DNA of 64,000 nt from positions 3,664 to 67,663 of the forward strand of contig CAYMPU010000070.1 of NCBI GenBank assembly GCA_964392375.1, given 5' to 3'. Shown here in pieces: positions 27,471 through 37,757 of this stretch. The number at the start of each line of letters is the position of its first letter. Positions within the stretch are counted from its first letter, which is position 1. The translations under genes were made by a program, and so were the position numbers. Source of the DNA: an uncultured Ohtaekwangia sp. (GTDB lineage Bacteria > Bacteroidota > Bacteroidia > Cytophagales > Cyclobacteriaceae). Under the pieces are notes generated by a model. It ran no database searches. It was not told where the DNA came from and saw only the letters and a program-made list of their open reading frames with translations.

Positions 27471-28244
27471 ATGGCACTGATCGAATACACCTCCACCAAC
27501 AGTATCGGGTACATCACCCTCAACCGCCCCGAGAAGCGCAATGCTCTTAATCAAGAGCTGGTGAATGAGCTCAGCAAGGCATTCGTTCAGGCTTCCAGTG
27601 ATGAGGCTGTTAAAGTGATTGTCCTTCGTGCTAAAGGGGAAGCATTCTGCGCCGGTGCCGATCTGGGCTATCTGCAGCAACTTCAGAAATTCACGTACGA
27701 AGAGAACCTGGCAGACTCCCGCAATCTGATGGCACTGTACAAGTTGATCTATACCCTTCCCAAGGTCGTCATTGCACAAGTAGAAGGCCATGCCTTGGCC
27801 GGCGGCTCGGGACTCGTCACGGTCTGTGATTTTGCTTTCGCAGTGCCTGAAGCAAAATTCGGATACACCGAGGTTCGTATCGGCTTTGTGCCTGCTATCG
27901 TTTCCGCCTTTCTGATCAGAAAAATTGGTGAGGGGTGGGCAAGGGAATTGCTGCTCTCTGGCCGGTTGATTACAGCCGATGAAGCAGTAACGGTCGGAAT
28001 GATTTCACGCAGTGTCAGTAAGGACAAAATAGCGGAGGAAGTAGACGCTTTGGCAAAGCAACTCATCTCCACCGCCTCAGGACAATCTTTGGCGGCGACG
28101 AAGAAACTGATCGATCAGGTACAAGGCCGTCCGCTCACCGAAGCGCTGGATTTTGCCGCACAAGAGAATGCCAAAGCCCGAGCTACGGAGGACTGCAAGA
28201 AGGGAATCGACGCATTTCTGAATAAGAGAGACTTGAAATGGTAA
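27471..28244 (+). CDS. Enoyl-CoA hydratase/isomerase (methylglutaconyl-CoA hydratase-like)
   Basis: 'LNRPEKRNAL', 'AFCAGADL', 'ALAGGSGL', 'YTEVRIGFVP'. Start ATG 27471. Confidence 0.88.
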   Translation: MALIEYTSTNSIGYITLNRPEKRNALNQELVNELSKAFVQASSDEAVKVIVLRAKGEAFCAGADLGYLQQLQKFTYEENLADSRNLMALYKLIYTLPKVVIAQVEGHALAGGSGLVTVCDFAFAVPEAKFGYTEVRIGFVPAIVSAFLIRKIGEGWARELLLSGRLITADEAVTVGMISRSVSKDKIAEEVDALAKQLISTASGQSLAATKKLIDQVQGRPLTEALDFAAQENAKARATEDCKKGIDAFLNKRDLKW

Positions 28245-28257
28245 AACCGCATACCGG

Positions 28258-30171
28258 ATGACTGCGGCATCACCTGAGTCCATACTAAAGAAATACTGGG
28301 GGCATGATCGCTTTCGTCCCCTGCAACGCGAGATTGTTCAGGCTGCACTCGATCGCCATGACGTCCTTGCATTGCTTCCGACCGGTGGAGGTAAGTCGGT
28401 GTGTTTTCAGGTTCCTGGCCTTCTTCTCGATGGCATTACGATTGTCATTAGTCCGCTCATTGCACTGATGCAGGACCAGGTTCAGCTCCTGAAAAAGAAG
28501 GGCGTGCCAGCGCTTGCTGTTCATTCAGGCATGCGTCGCAGTGAAATCGATATTGCCCTCGACAATTGTGTGTACGGCAAGTACAAATTTCTTTATCTGT
28601 CACCCGAGCGACTGCAGACGGAACTCTTTCGGGAGCGATTCAAAAAAATGAATGTATCGTTGGTTGCAGTAGATGAGGCTCATTGCATCTCGCAATGGGG
28701 TTACGACTTTCGGCCGCCATACTTATTGATCAAAGACCTTCGGGAAATCAAGCCGGATATCCGGTTTCTGGCTCTCACGGCTACCGCAACGCCGGAAGTG
28801 AAGAACGATATTATTGAAAAGCTGGAGTTGAAGACGCCGGCCATCTTCCAAAAAAGTTTTGCCCGCAGCAACCTGTCATTGGTTGTGCGCAAGACAGAGA
28901 ACAAAGAGAAGAAGCTCCTGGACATCCTTCGCAAGGTTCAGGGTTGTGGCATTGTCTATGTCCGGTCGCGCAAAGCCACGGTAGAGATCAGTAAGTGGCT
29001 TCAGCGTCAGGAAATTTCAGCAACATTTTATCATGCTGGTCTTACCTACCACGAGCGTATGAATCGTCAGCAGGAGTGGATCTCGGACCAGCGGAGGATC
29101 ATTGTGGCGACAAACGCGTTCGGGATGGGTATTGACAAGTCCAATGTGCGGGTTGTGGTGCACATGGACTTGCCTGAAAACCTGGAATCCTATTTCCAGG
29201 AGGCTGGACGGGGAGGTCGGGATGATAAGAAAGCATATGCCGCACTCGTCTACCATGATGCGGACGTTTCCCGACTTCGGGCCAATGTGCAACAGTCCTA
29301 CCCGGCTATCGACTACCTGAAAAAGATCTATCAGGCATTGGCCAATTATTTTCAGATTGCTGTAGGGAGTAGTGAAGGGGAGAGCTATGAATTTGATCTT
29401 GATGATTTTGCCCGCCGATTCAACTTGCGTGGGTCCGCTGCCTTTGCGGGGATCAAGAAGCTGGAAGAGGAGGGCTTAATCCAGCTCAGCGAGAGTTTCT
29501 ATCGGCCATCGCGCATCCATATAACTACGGATAAGACCAGTTTGTACGAGTTCCAGGTCGCCAATGCGAAGTTTGATCCGGTGATCAAGGCTCTGCTTCG
29601 CCTGTATGGCGCCGAATTATTCAATGACTTTGTTCCTGTTTCAGAGCGCAGTATTGCGGCTGCATTGAAGTTAGCCGAGGCGGAAGTAACAACGCCACTC
29701 CAACAGCTGGCGAATCTCCAATTGATGGAATATGCCGCGGCATCGGAGAAACCGCGCGTCACCTTTCTGTTGCCCCGTCAGGATGCCGACACCCTGCCGT
29801 TGAATGTGAAGCGACTCGCCGAGCGGAGGGACCTGGCCTTGAGAAAGGCAGAGGCGATGATCGACTTTGCTGAGCAAGGCCACCGCTGCCGGATGCAAGT
29901 CGTTATGGACTACTTCGGTGAGACTTCGTTTGAAGCGTGCGGTGCGTGCGACGTTTGCATTGACAAGAAAAAGGTAGACAGCGCCCACTCGTTCAAGGAG
30001 TACCGGGAGAAGATCCTATCCTTGTTAAAACAGCGTCCTATGACCGTTGACGAGCTGGAAGACGAGGCAACACCCCATGACCGCGACATGTTTGTGGAAG
30101 TGGTTCGCGATCTGGTGGATCAGGGACTGTTGGCCTATGATGCCTCCTGGGTCTTGAGAATCGTGAAATAG
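28258..30171 (+). CDS. recQ: RecQ-family ATP-dependent DNA helicase
   Basis: 'LPTGGGKS', 'DEAHCISQWGYDFRP', 'LTATA', 'ATNAFGMGIDK', 'QEAGRGGRD', and Zn-binding 'CR...CGACDVC'. Confidence 0.92.
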   Translation: MTAASPESILKKYWGHDRFRPLQREIVQAALDRHDVLALLPTGGGKSVCFQVPGLLLDGITIVISPLIALMQDQVQLLKKKGVPALAVHSGMRRSEIDIALDNCVYGKYKFLYLSPERLQTELFRERFKKMNVSLVAVDEAHCISQWGYDFRPPYLLIKDLREIKPDIRFLALTATATPEVKNDIIEKLELKTPAIFQKSFARSNLSLVVRKTENKEKKLLDILRKVQGCGIVYVRSRKATVEISKWLQRQEISATFYHAGLTYHERMNRQQEWISDQRRIIVATNAFGMGIDKSNVRVVVHMDLPENLESYFQEAGRGGRDDKKAYAALVYHDADVSRLRANVQQSYPAIDYLKKIYQALANYFQIAVGSSEGESYEFDLDDFARRFNLRGSAAFAGIKKLEEEGLIQLSESFYRPSRIHITTDKTSLYEFQVANAKFDPVIKALLRLYGAELFNDFVPVSERSIAAALKLAEAEVTTPLQQLANLQLMEYAAASEKPRVTFLLPRQDADTLPLNVKRLAERRDLALRKAEAMIDFAEQGHRCRMQVVMDYFGETSFEACGACDVCIDKKKVDSAHSFKEYREKILSLLKQRPMTVDELEDEATPHDRDMFVEVVRDLVDQGLLAYDASWVLRIVK

Positions 30172-30172
30172 G

Positions 30173-30643
30173 CTATTTTATCCGGCGTTCAAAGACAAAG
30201 TCGATGCCCTGAGCGCCAGCGGAAACGCGAGCCTGAATCTTCTTTCCGTCGAAATGATAGTAGATTGTTTTGGGGAAATCATGTGATGGATTCTCACACG
30301 TAAATGAATCCTGCGTTACCGATGTGATTTCAAAGTACACTGCCTTGTTGTTTTCGGGAACATCAGCGACATAGTACAGTTTGTTGTCCTTGGTTATGAT
30401 CCTGAGGATTTCTACAAACGTGGTATCGGCTCCCTTCATCGACCATCCACGACCTTGCCAATCTTGATCACCTTTTTTCTTCCATGACTCAAACCCTGAT
30501 GTACCGGGCTTGCTGTTGGAGCGCACCCAGTCGCCCAGCAGCCATTCCATGGTTTTGAGTTTTTGCTGGGGTGACGTGTCATGCTGTGCGTGGACAGTGC
30601 TGCAGAGTACTGTGAAGGCCGAGAGGAGTATTGCGTTTTTCAT
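30173..30643 (-). CDS. Exported DUF6265-like protein
   Basis: Signal peptide; 'WLLGDW...ESW...GADTTFVE...ENPSHDFPKTIYY'. Start moved to ATG 30643. Confidence 0.65.
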   Translation of the reverse strand: MKNAILLSAFTVLCSTVHAQHDTSPQQKLKTMEWLLGDWVRSNSKPGTSGFESWKKKGDQDWQGRGWSMKGADTTFVEILRIITKDNKLYYVADVPENNKAVYFEITSVTQDSFTCENPSHDFPKTIYYHFDGKKIQARVSAGAQGIDFVFERRIK

Positions 30644-30659
30644 GTCTTTTTCCCGGCAA

Positions 30660-31502
30660 TTACGCCGTCGCCTTGCGATTTGTATTGGACAAATCCGACT
30701 TCCTTGTTTTGCCTGCAAAGAAATTGGTGAGTGATGCCTCCTGGAACTGAAAACCACTTGGATCTTCCCCCGTGAAGGCTTTAAAGTCCCGTATGAAGTG
30801 GGATTGGTCGTAATAGCCCGAGGCGTGGATCACGTCGGCCCAGGAGATTTTGCCCTCCTTCATTTGGGTGAATATGGTGCTGAACCGGATGATGCGGGAA
30901 TAATATTTTGGGGTTAGCCCTACATACTGGCGGTAAAGCCTTTGCAGATGTCGATCCGTAATGCCTAAAGACGAACACATAGGCAGAATCGACAATAAGC
31001 CGTTTTGCTCACTTTGCATGGCTAGACTCTTGTCTACTACGTGCTCCTGGGGTGCGTTGGTAATGAAGGGTAAGAGGTAGTTTTCGGCAGCCTTGATGCG
31101 GTCGGAAAATTTTTTGGATCGGCCAATGCAACTGGTTATTCCGGAAATGTTGTGGTGAAGTTCAGAAAGGTCAACCACCTTATCGGTCAGGGCCCCCATG
31201 GAAATCTGGAATAGGTGCGTTAATGCAGTTGGTTTAAAAGTAATCCCGAAAATTTCAGTAACTCCGGTATTTTCCAGGAAAAAGTACTTGCGCAACTGGC
31301 CGGCGACCAGTGCTTGACCTTGCTCGCTCCAGACTTCGTTCATGCATATCCGAAAAGGATCACCGAAATGAAAAATGAATTCCGGGTAGCCGTCGGGCAC
31401 AATCTTTTGGATGCACGGGGTAGGGTCGTCCGACGCCGCACGCCAATACCACTCGATCAGTGAGGCTAGCTTGGTGGAAGGACGGGTTCGTTCAACGTTC
31501 AT
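30660..31502 (-). CDS. AraC-family regulator with DUF6597-like N-domain
   Basis: 'IEWYW...IVPDGYPE', 'RHLQRLYRQYVGLTPK', 'GYYDQSHFIRDFKAFTG'. Confidence 0.88.
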   Translation of the reverse strand: MNVERTRPSTKLASLIEWYWRAASDDPTPCIQKIVPDGYPEFIFHFGDPFRICMNEVWSEQGQALVAGQLRKYFFLENTGVTEIFGITFKPTALTHLFQISMGALTDKVVDLSELHHNISGITSCIGRSKKFSDRIKAAENYLLPFITNAPQEHVVDKSLAMQSEQNGLLSILPMCSSLGITDRHLQRLYRQYVGLTPKYYSRIIRFSTIFTQMKEGKISWADVIHASGYYDQSHFIRDFKAFTGEDPSGFQFQEASLTNFFAGKTRKSDLSNTNRKATA

Positions 31503-31519
31503 TCTCTGATCTGATTCGG

Positions 31520-32641
31520 TTACCTGCAGTTTCTTTCTAGTTCGAATTCTATATCCTTCGCGCCATATTGAAAGGCAAGTTTCCAGGTTTTACAGGCCTC
31601 TGTCCGATTCCCCTGGGCATTGTACGTGTAGCCAAGGAATACGTAGGCCTCATTCATATCCGGAGCAAGTTGGATCGCCTTTATGAGGTCCGATTTTGCA
31701 TGGGAGTATTTTTTTAACATGTAATAGCATTGGCCTCGCTTTACATAGGTTAAACCCACCGTTGGGTCCATAGCGATTGATTTCGCGAGCGTGCCAATCG
31801 CATCCAGATACTGATACAATCCACACTCAGCAAACCCCTTAGCCAAGTATGCTCGCGAGAGGGTATTGTCCATAGCAATGACTTTGTTGGCAAGATACTT
31901 GGCGTAGAAATACTTAAACGCGAGACCGTAGTATAAAGCGATGTCAGTCAGAATCACGGGATTGTTGTGGGAAAACTCCTCGGCTTTTTCAAGGGAACTG
32001 ACGGCATTCTTGATTAGCCCAAGGTCTATTTCTCCGGATGCTTTCAGGATGTACCCATATGCGAATTTGGGCGCGAGGGTGGTGACTTTTTCAGCGTACC
32101 GCACACTCTTTTTGGGATCGCTTTTGCGCAGCACATAGGCCTTGATATACAGGCAAGTAGGGGACAATGAATCTCGTTCGAGTATAAAATCTGCTTCCAA
32201 TTCGGCCTGGTTGAATTTCTTTAAGTCAAAATATGCGCTGGCTCTGATGGTACGCAGGGCAAGGAGACGTGCGCTATCATAATATAATGTCAGGGCTAGT
32301 GATGCATCTGCAATGGCCTCATTCAAGTTTTGTGTGTTCAGGAAAGCTGAACTTCTGAGGTAGAGAATGTAACTGGAATCCAGTTGATAGTATTTTAAGG
32401 CATTCGTAAGGTCAAGTATAGCTTTTTGGTATTCACCTTTTGAGGCATATGCCATTCCTCTGAATTTCAAGGCGACTGTTTCGGCTGGGAACCCTTGAAT
32501 ATACAGATTGTAATAATGGATGGCGCTGTCGTACTCTCCATTCTTGTACTTTTTCCATCCACGGTCAACCCAGTCAGCCTCTTGCGCAGACAGTAATACC
32601 GGGTAAAGAAAACTGATAGCAAGAAGGGAAATGACCTTCAT
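31520..32641 (-). CDS. Exported tetratricopeptide-repeat protein
   Basis: Signal peptide, repeated TPR patterns and a terminal 'EACKTWKLA...C'. Confidence 0.8.
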   Translation of the reverse strand: MKVISLLAISFLYPVLLSAQEADWVDRGWKKYKNGEYDSAIHYYNLYIQGFPAETVALKFRGMAYASKGEYQKAILDLTNALKYYQLDSSYILYLRSSAFLNTQNLNEAIADASLALTLYYDSARLLALRTIRASAYFDLKKFNQAELEADFILERDSLSPTCLYIKAYVLRKSDPKKSVRYAEKVTTLAPKFAYGYILKASGEIDLGLIKNAVSSLEKAEEFSHNNPVILTDIALYYGLAFKYFYAKYLANKVIAMDNTLSRAYLAKGFAECGLYQYLDAIGTLAKSIAMDPTVGLTYVKRGQCYYMLKKYSHAKSDLIKAIQLAPDMNEAYVFLGYTYNAQGNRTEACKTWKLAFQYGAKDIEFELERNCR

Positions 32642-32662
32642 TCAACATATGTAAAACCCCAA

Positions 32663-33847
32663 TCAATCCAATGCCTGAACTCCGGGCAACACCTTGCCCT
32701 CAAAGTACTCTAGCAAAGCGCCTCCACCTGTGGACACATAACTCACTTTCTCGCTAAACCCAAACTGAGCAACCGCCGCAGCGGAATCACCACCGCCTAT
32801 GAGCGAAAATGCGCCCTTCTGCGTAGCTCGAACAACGGCTTCGGCAACAGCCTTGGTACCGGAGGAGAACTTAGGCATTTCAAAAACCCCCATCGGGCCG
32901 TTCCACAGAATTGTGCGTGAACCTTCAATGACTCCCGCGATGACTTGTTGAGCCTGAGGTCCAATGTCCATGCCCATCCATCCGTCAGGAATGGCGTAGT
33001 TGTTTACGATTTGTGTGTTGGCCTCAGCATCAAATTTGTCGCCGGCAATGGAGTCCATGGGTAAATGCAACTCAACGCCTTTCGCTTTGGCTTTCTGAAT
33101 CAACGCTTTGGCCAGGTCAAGTTTATCTTCTTCTACCAGCGATTTCCCAATGCTACCACCCATGGCCTTGAAAAATGTGTATGCCATGCCTCCACCGATC
33201 ACGAGGTGGTTGACGCGATCAAGCAGTTTCTCGATGATGAGAATCTTGTCGGAGATCTTAGCACCACCCATAATAGCGGTGAATGGTTTCTCTGCATGAT
33301 CAAGTACTTTGCGCGCATTCTCCAGCTCGGCGGCCATTACATAGCCTGCACATTTGTCCGTGAAGAATTTGGCCGCAATGGTTGTCGAGGCATGCGCCCG
33401 GTGCGCCGTGCCAAAGGCATCGTTTACGTAGACATCCCCTAAGGAAGCCAGTTTCTTGGCAAAAGCTTCATCGCCCTTTTCCTCTTCTTTATAGAAGCGA
33501 AGGTTTTCCAGCAGCAATACCTCCCCGGGCTTTAGTGCTGCAGCTTTGGATTCCGCTTCGGCACCAATGCAATCCGTGACAAACTGAACAGGCCTATCAA
33601 CCAGTGATTGAACCGTCGCTAGCGTGTGCTTCAGTGAGTATTTTTCTTCCGGACCTCCCTTCGGCCGGCCAAGGTGTGACATGAGAATGCAGCTTCCACC
33701 GTCGGCGAGGATCTTCTTAAGTGTGGGTATCGTAGCCCGGATACGGCTATCGTCGGTGACAGCAAAATTTTTGTTCAGGGGAACGTTGAAGTCGACGCGA
33801 ATGAGGGCGCGCTTGTTCTTGAATGAAATGTCGTTGAGTGTCTTCAT
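32663..33847 (-). CDS. pgk: Phosphoglycerate kinase
   Basis: 'RVDFNVP', 'SHLGRP', 'LLENLRF', '[13 protein letters not shown]', 'WNGPMGVFE', 'STGGGA'. Confidence 0.97.
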   Translation of the reverse strand: MKTLNDISFKNKRALIRVDFNVPLNKNFAVTDDSRIRATIPTLKKILADGGSCILMSHLGRPKGGPEEKYSLKHTLATVQSLVDRPVQFVTDCIGAEAESKAAALKPGEVLLLENLRFYKEEEKGDEAFAKKLASLGDVYVNDAFGTAHRAHASTTIAAKFFTDKCAGYVMAAELENARKVLDHAEKPFTAIMGGAKISDKILIIEKLLDRVNHLVIGGGMAYTFFKAMGGSIGKSLVEEDKLDLAKALIQKAKAKGVELHLPMDSIAGDKFDAEANTQIVNNYAIPDGWMGMDIGPQAQQVIAGVIEGSRTILWNGPMGVFEMPKFSSGTKAVAEAVVRATQKGAFSLIGGGDSAAAVAQFGFSEKVSYVSTGGGALLEYFEGKVLPGVQALD

Positions 33848-33858
33848 AGGAATTTGAA

Positions 33859-34959
33859 TTAATCGCCAAAGGAAATGCCAAGGCCTCGAGCTGCCTTGAT
33901 CAGATGGGAGTCACGTTTAACAAAACTGGGTTCCTTCGTTGCCTCCTCGAGGGTGACAGACTGGATGTCATTGTTCTTGTAGGTAACCATCCGTCCGAAT
34001 TTTTTCTCGAGAACAAGTTCGAAGGCATGAACGCCAAATAACGAAGCAAGTATGCGGTCAAATGCAGTAGGACTTCCGCCACGCTGAATGTGACCCAGCA
34101 CCGTTTCACGGATTTCAGCAGCGCAACCGGCCTGCTTCAACTGGCGAGACAATTGGTAAGCAACCCCGCCGAGGCGTACGTGCTCAGACCCCTTTTCACC
34201 CGCCGAAGCGGTTACGGTTCCATCCTTGGGTTTCGCCCCTTCTGATATCACAATATTGACAAATCCCCGGCCGTCTTTGTACCGCGCATTGATACGGCTG
34301 ACGATCTGGCTGATATCGTAGGGTATCTCTGGAATAAGACACACTTCCGCACCTCCCGCAATTGCGGTATGCAGTGCAATCCATCCTGCATCACGGCCCA
34401 TCACCTCCATGATCATTACCCGGTGGTGACTTTCGGCAGTGGTAACTAGCTTGTCAAAGCAGTCCGAGGCAATCTGTACGGCCGTCTGAAAGCCAAAAGT
34501 CATGTCAGTAGCCGATAAATCATTGTCGATGGTCTTTGGGACCCCGATCACCGAGAGACCCTTTTTAAAAAGAGCCTGAGAAATCCGCTGCGAGCCATCG
34601 CCACCGATATTGATCACGGCATCAAATCCAAGAGATTGAATTTTCTTCACGAGTTCTTCGGTTCGATCGACGTTCTTAAAAGTCCCGTCCGGCTGCGGCA
34701 TCGGGAAATTCATGGGGTTGCCTTTGTTGGTCGTCTTCAGGATAGTTCCGCCGCGAACATGAATGCCACCCGTCATCTTGCGTGTGAGCTTGACGATCTC
34801 TACGGGGTCACGAAACACTCCATTGAAGGCCTCGATGGAGCCATAGACTTCCCAATCCTTTTCTCTTCTTGCGCGTTTGGCAATGCCACGGATGACCGCG
34901 TTGAGGCCGGGGCAGTCGCCGCCTCCGGTCAGTACCAATAGTTTCTTTTTCTTTTCCAT
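33859..34959 (-). CDS. pfkA: 6-phosphofructokinase
   Basis: '[11 protein letters not shown]', 'GGTIL', 'IGGDGS', 'PKTIDND', 'EVMGR', 'LGHIQRGG'. Confidence 0.93.
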   Translation of the reverse strand: MEKKKKLLVLTGGGDCPGLNAVIRGIAKRARREKDWEVYGSIEAFNGVFRDPVEIVKLTRKMTGGIHVRGGTILKTTNKGNPMNFPMPQPDGTFKNVDRTEELVKKIQSLGFDAVINIGGDGSQRISQALFKKGLSVIGVPKTIDNDLSATDMTFGFQTAVQIASDCFDKLVTTAESHHRVMIMEVMGRDAGWIALHTAIAGGAEVCLIPEIPYDISQIVSRINARYKDGRGFVNIVISEGAKPKDGTVTASAGEKGSEHVRLGGVAYQLSRQLKQAGCAAEIRETVLGHIQRGGSPTAFDRILASLFGVHAFELVLEKKFGRMVTYKNNDIQSVTLEEATKEPSFVKRDSHLIKAARGLGISFGD

Positions 34960-34961
34960 GA

Positions 34962-35606
34962 TTATTTCCAGTTAACAGGGTCAAAGCGCCAGGCCTTGAT
35001 GTGAGGCAATTGGGCCTGATCAATGAATTTGTTTCGGAGGGCCTCTTCCAGCAGGTGATTGAAGTCACTCAGGCAGACGAGGTCGATACCTTCTTTTTTG
35101 AAATTTTCTTCCGCCGTTGTAAATCCATATGTAAAGATGGCCACCATACCACAAACTTTGGCTCCGCCATCGCGAAGGGCAGAGGCCGCCTTGAGTGAGC
35201 TGCCCCCTGTAGAGATTAGATCCTCCACGAGGACCACGCGTTGTCCCTTCTCCAATTTGCCCTCGATAAGGTTCTCTAGCCCGTGGTCTTTTGGTTTTGG
35301 CCTAACGTAAAGGAATGGAAGGTCCAGTGCTTCCGCTACGAGCGCTCCCTGCGGAATGCCGGCGGTGGCAACGCCTGCGATAGCCTGCACGTCAGGAAAA
35401 TTCTCGCGGATGGCCTCAACCAGGCACCGTTTGATGTAGGATCGGATGTGCGGGTAGGAGAGGCTTAGCCTGTTGTCGCAGTAGACGGGCGATTTCCAGC
35501 CGCTGCTCCAGGTGTAGGGCTTCTCATGGTTGAGCTTGATAGCCCCGATTTCCATCAGTTTGGATGCAACAGGTCCTGCTGTGGACCCCATAATCGTGAT
35601 GCTCAT
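34962..35606 (-). CDS. pyrE: Orotate phosphoribosyltransferase
   Basis: 'WSSGWKSPVYCDNR', 'GVATAGI', and PRPP loop 'VEDLISTGGS'. Confidence 0.95.
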   Translation of the reverse strand: MSITIMGSTAGPVASKLMEIGAIKLNHEKPYTWSSGWKSPVYCDNRLSLSYPHIRSYIKRCLVEAIRENFPDVQAIAGVATAGIPQGALVAEALDLPFLYVRPKPKDHGLENLIEGKLEKGQRVVLVEDLISTGGSSLKAASALRDGGAKVCGMVAIFTYGFTTAEENFKKEGIDLVCLSDFNHLLEEALRNKFIDQAQLPHIKAWRFDPVNWK

Positions 35607-35724
35607 AGGATCGGCAATTTATCAGGAAATGCCTTCAGACCAAGCGTTGGCCCCTTCTGAAAAAGACGTAAATTGAGGTTGGCAGTTTGAGAAATATTCT
35701 TGTTTTTGCAGTGTTAAGTACCCC

Positions 35725-36411
35725 ATGAACCTTTTCGTTAACGACATCCCGGTCCGTATTTGGGCACCAACAACCAAACCGGAAGAAGGTAGCTTCAATA
35801 CCGAGATCAATGCTAACCGGGAGCCGATAACGAAGGCTAAACTCCTTCATCACGTCTATGTGAAACAGGCCAACGTGCAGCACCTCAACGATATCCTCGA
35901 CCAGGTGAGCTCCAAGGTGCCTATGAATCTCCTTTCTTTAGATATTACTGTCAACGACTATGAAGCGGTGAAACGCTTCCTCCAGGAGAAATTCAAAATC
36001 GTCAAGGCGGCGGGGGGCCTGGTTAAGAAGAAGGACAGGTTCCTGATGATCTATCGGATGAAAAAGTGGGATCTACCCAAAGGCAAGAAGGAAAGTGGTG
36101 AAAAATACCGCCAGACGGCCGAGCGGGAAATTGAGGAGGAGTGCAACATTGATGTAAGGGTGGGCAAGAAGATCTGTACCACATGGCACACCTACACCAT
36201 GAACCGCAACAACATGATCAAGAAGACGCGGTGGTACCTGATGGACCTGTTGGATGATTCCAAGAGTAAACCCAGTCTGGAGGAAGATATCGAGGAGTTG
36301 CGCTGGATGACACAGAAGGAAATGTACCATGCCCTCGAGAACTCCTACAAATCGATTCGATTTGTGCTTGAAGAGTACTATAAAATGACAAAGAAAGCGG
36401 ACCTACGCTAG
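35725..36411 (+). CDS. NUDIX hydrolase
   Basis: 'AAGGLV...WDLPKGK..GE...TAEREIEEEC'. Confidence 0.85.
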   Translation: MNLFVNDIPVRIWAPTTKPEEGSFNTEINANREPITKAKLLHHVYVKQANVQHLNDILDQVSSKVPMNLLSLDITVNDYEAVKRFLQEKFKIVKAAGGLVKKKDRFLMIYRMKKWDLPKGKKESGEKYRQTAEREIEEECNIDVRVGKKICTTWHTYTMNRNNMIKKTRWYLMDLLDDSKSKPSLEEDIEELRWMTQKEMYHALENSYKSIRFVLEEYYKMTKKADLR

Positions 36412-36861
36412 TTTGTACGGCAGCATCACGGATACGTCCCCACCGTAGCGATGCACCTCGCGAATGATGGATGAGCTGATGGCAGCAAAGGGCGGTGATG
36501 TAATCAAGAAGACAGATTCGAGATCAGCATTGAGGTGACGGTTCACTTGGGCAATGCTGTTTTCATACTCGAAGTCAGTTGTGTTGCGTAAGCCGCGTAA
36601 TAAGTATTGTGCCTCATACTTTCGTGCCAGGTCAGCCGTTAATTGAGCATAGGTGATGACCTTGATCTGAGGATAATTTACGAACGTCTCCTGTATCTTT
36701 TCAATCATGAAGTCGATCTTGAAATACCGTTGGTCCTTCTGGCTGTTGTAGCCAATGGCGATAATGATCTCGTCGAATAGCCGGAGCCCCCGCAGCACAA
36801 TATCCTCATGCCCTTTTGTGAAAGGGTCGAATGATCCGGGGAAAAGGGCTATTCGCTTCAT
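36403..36861 (-). CDS. coaD: Phosphopantetheine adenylyltransferase
   Basis: 'FPGSFDPFTKGH', 'RGLRNTTDFEYE', 'ISSS'. Confidence 0.96.
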   Translation of the reverse strand: MKRIALFPGSFDPFTKGHEDIVLRGLRLFDEIIIAIGYNSQKDQRYFKIDFMIEKIQETFVNYPQIKVITYAQLTADLARKYEAQYLLRGLRNTTDFEYENSIAQVNRHLNADLESVFLITSPPFAAISSSIIREVHRYGGDVSVMLPYKLA

Positions 36862-37748
36862 TTCGTCATGAGGTAAATCGAGAAGAGATCAAAGAAATGG
36901 TGATCCTGAACTTCGTCAAACAGGTACCCAAACTTGATGTTCTTAGGTCGATCACCAAAGCTGACGTTGCGGATATACTTCACAAACTCCTGGTAGTGCG
37001 GTGAATTCTTGCCAATGTACCCCCAAAGCACAACCGGGTTTGTCTCCTGATTAAGCCCCATGGCATTCATAACCAGCATGATGGATTTGGCGTAGTCGGT
37101 GAACTGCTTGATCAGAAACTGGTTGTAATACACCAGCCTCCCTTCATTGATGAAAAGAATATGGAGCTTGAAGCGATCGACGTACACGTAGAGCGGCTGG
37201 GTATCTTTGCCTGCCGCGTAAGCAAGTACTCCCTCGATGAGGGTTGCTGACTGGTGGATGATGTGTACGTTGGTGTTTACGTATACCTTGTCGAGAAACT
37301 GAATAAGGTCATTCTGAACAGCATAAACCGTAACCGCATCGGTTCGGCTGTTCTTGCAATAGCGTACCGTTTCCTTGGTGGGGTCAAGCACCGCATTGAA
37401 TGAAAGGTATTCAGCCGCTGCTTCCTCCAGGAAGAGAGCACCGGGTACCTGGATAAACTTGTTGTTCTTGATGGAAATCCTAACTTCTTTCCAAAACCCT
37501 GCGGTGAGATTCTCGTGCGATTCGAAGAGTGCCTTTACGGCTGTATTGAGTTCATCGGGTGAATTGACATCGCTCAACACGTAGTCCTCAAAAAAAATCA
37601 GACGGTCGTCATCGTTGTCGATAACGGCCGTCTGAACGTCTTTGATTCCTATTTGGACGAATAAAGTGTATTGATGAAGTTTCTCCTCGTCAAACTTCTC
37701 ATCCTTGATCTTCTTGATCAGCTTATGACGCGTGGCAACGGTTGACAA
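36858..37748 (-). CDS. DUF3822-family protein
   Basis: 'KFIQVPGALF' and 'LVYYNQF' patterns; conserved Bacteroidota position upstream of coaD; TTG start. Confidence 0.7.
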   Translation of the reverse strand: MSTVATRHKLIKKIKDEKFDEEKLHQYTLFVQIGIKDVQTAVIDNDDDRLIFFEDYVLSDVNSPDELNTAVKALFESHENLTAGFWKEVRISIKNNKFIQVPGALFLEEAAAEYLSFNAVLDPTKETVRYCKNSRTDAVTVYAVQNDLIQFLDKVYVNTNVHIIHQSATLIEGVLAYAAGKDTQPLYVYVDRFKLHILFINEGRLVYYNQFLIKQFTDYAKSIMLVMNAMGLNQETNPVVLWGYIGKNSPHYQEFVKYIRNVSFGDRPKNIKFGYLFDEVQDHHFFDLFSIYLMTK

Positions 37749-37757
37749 AATATGTGG

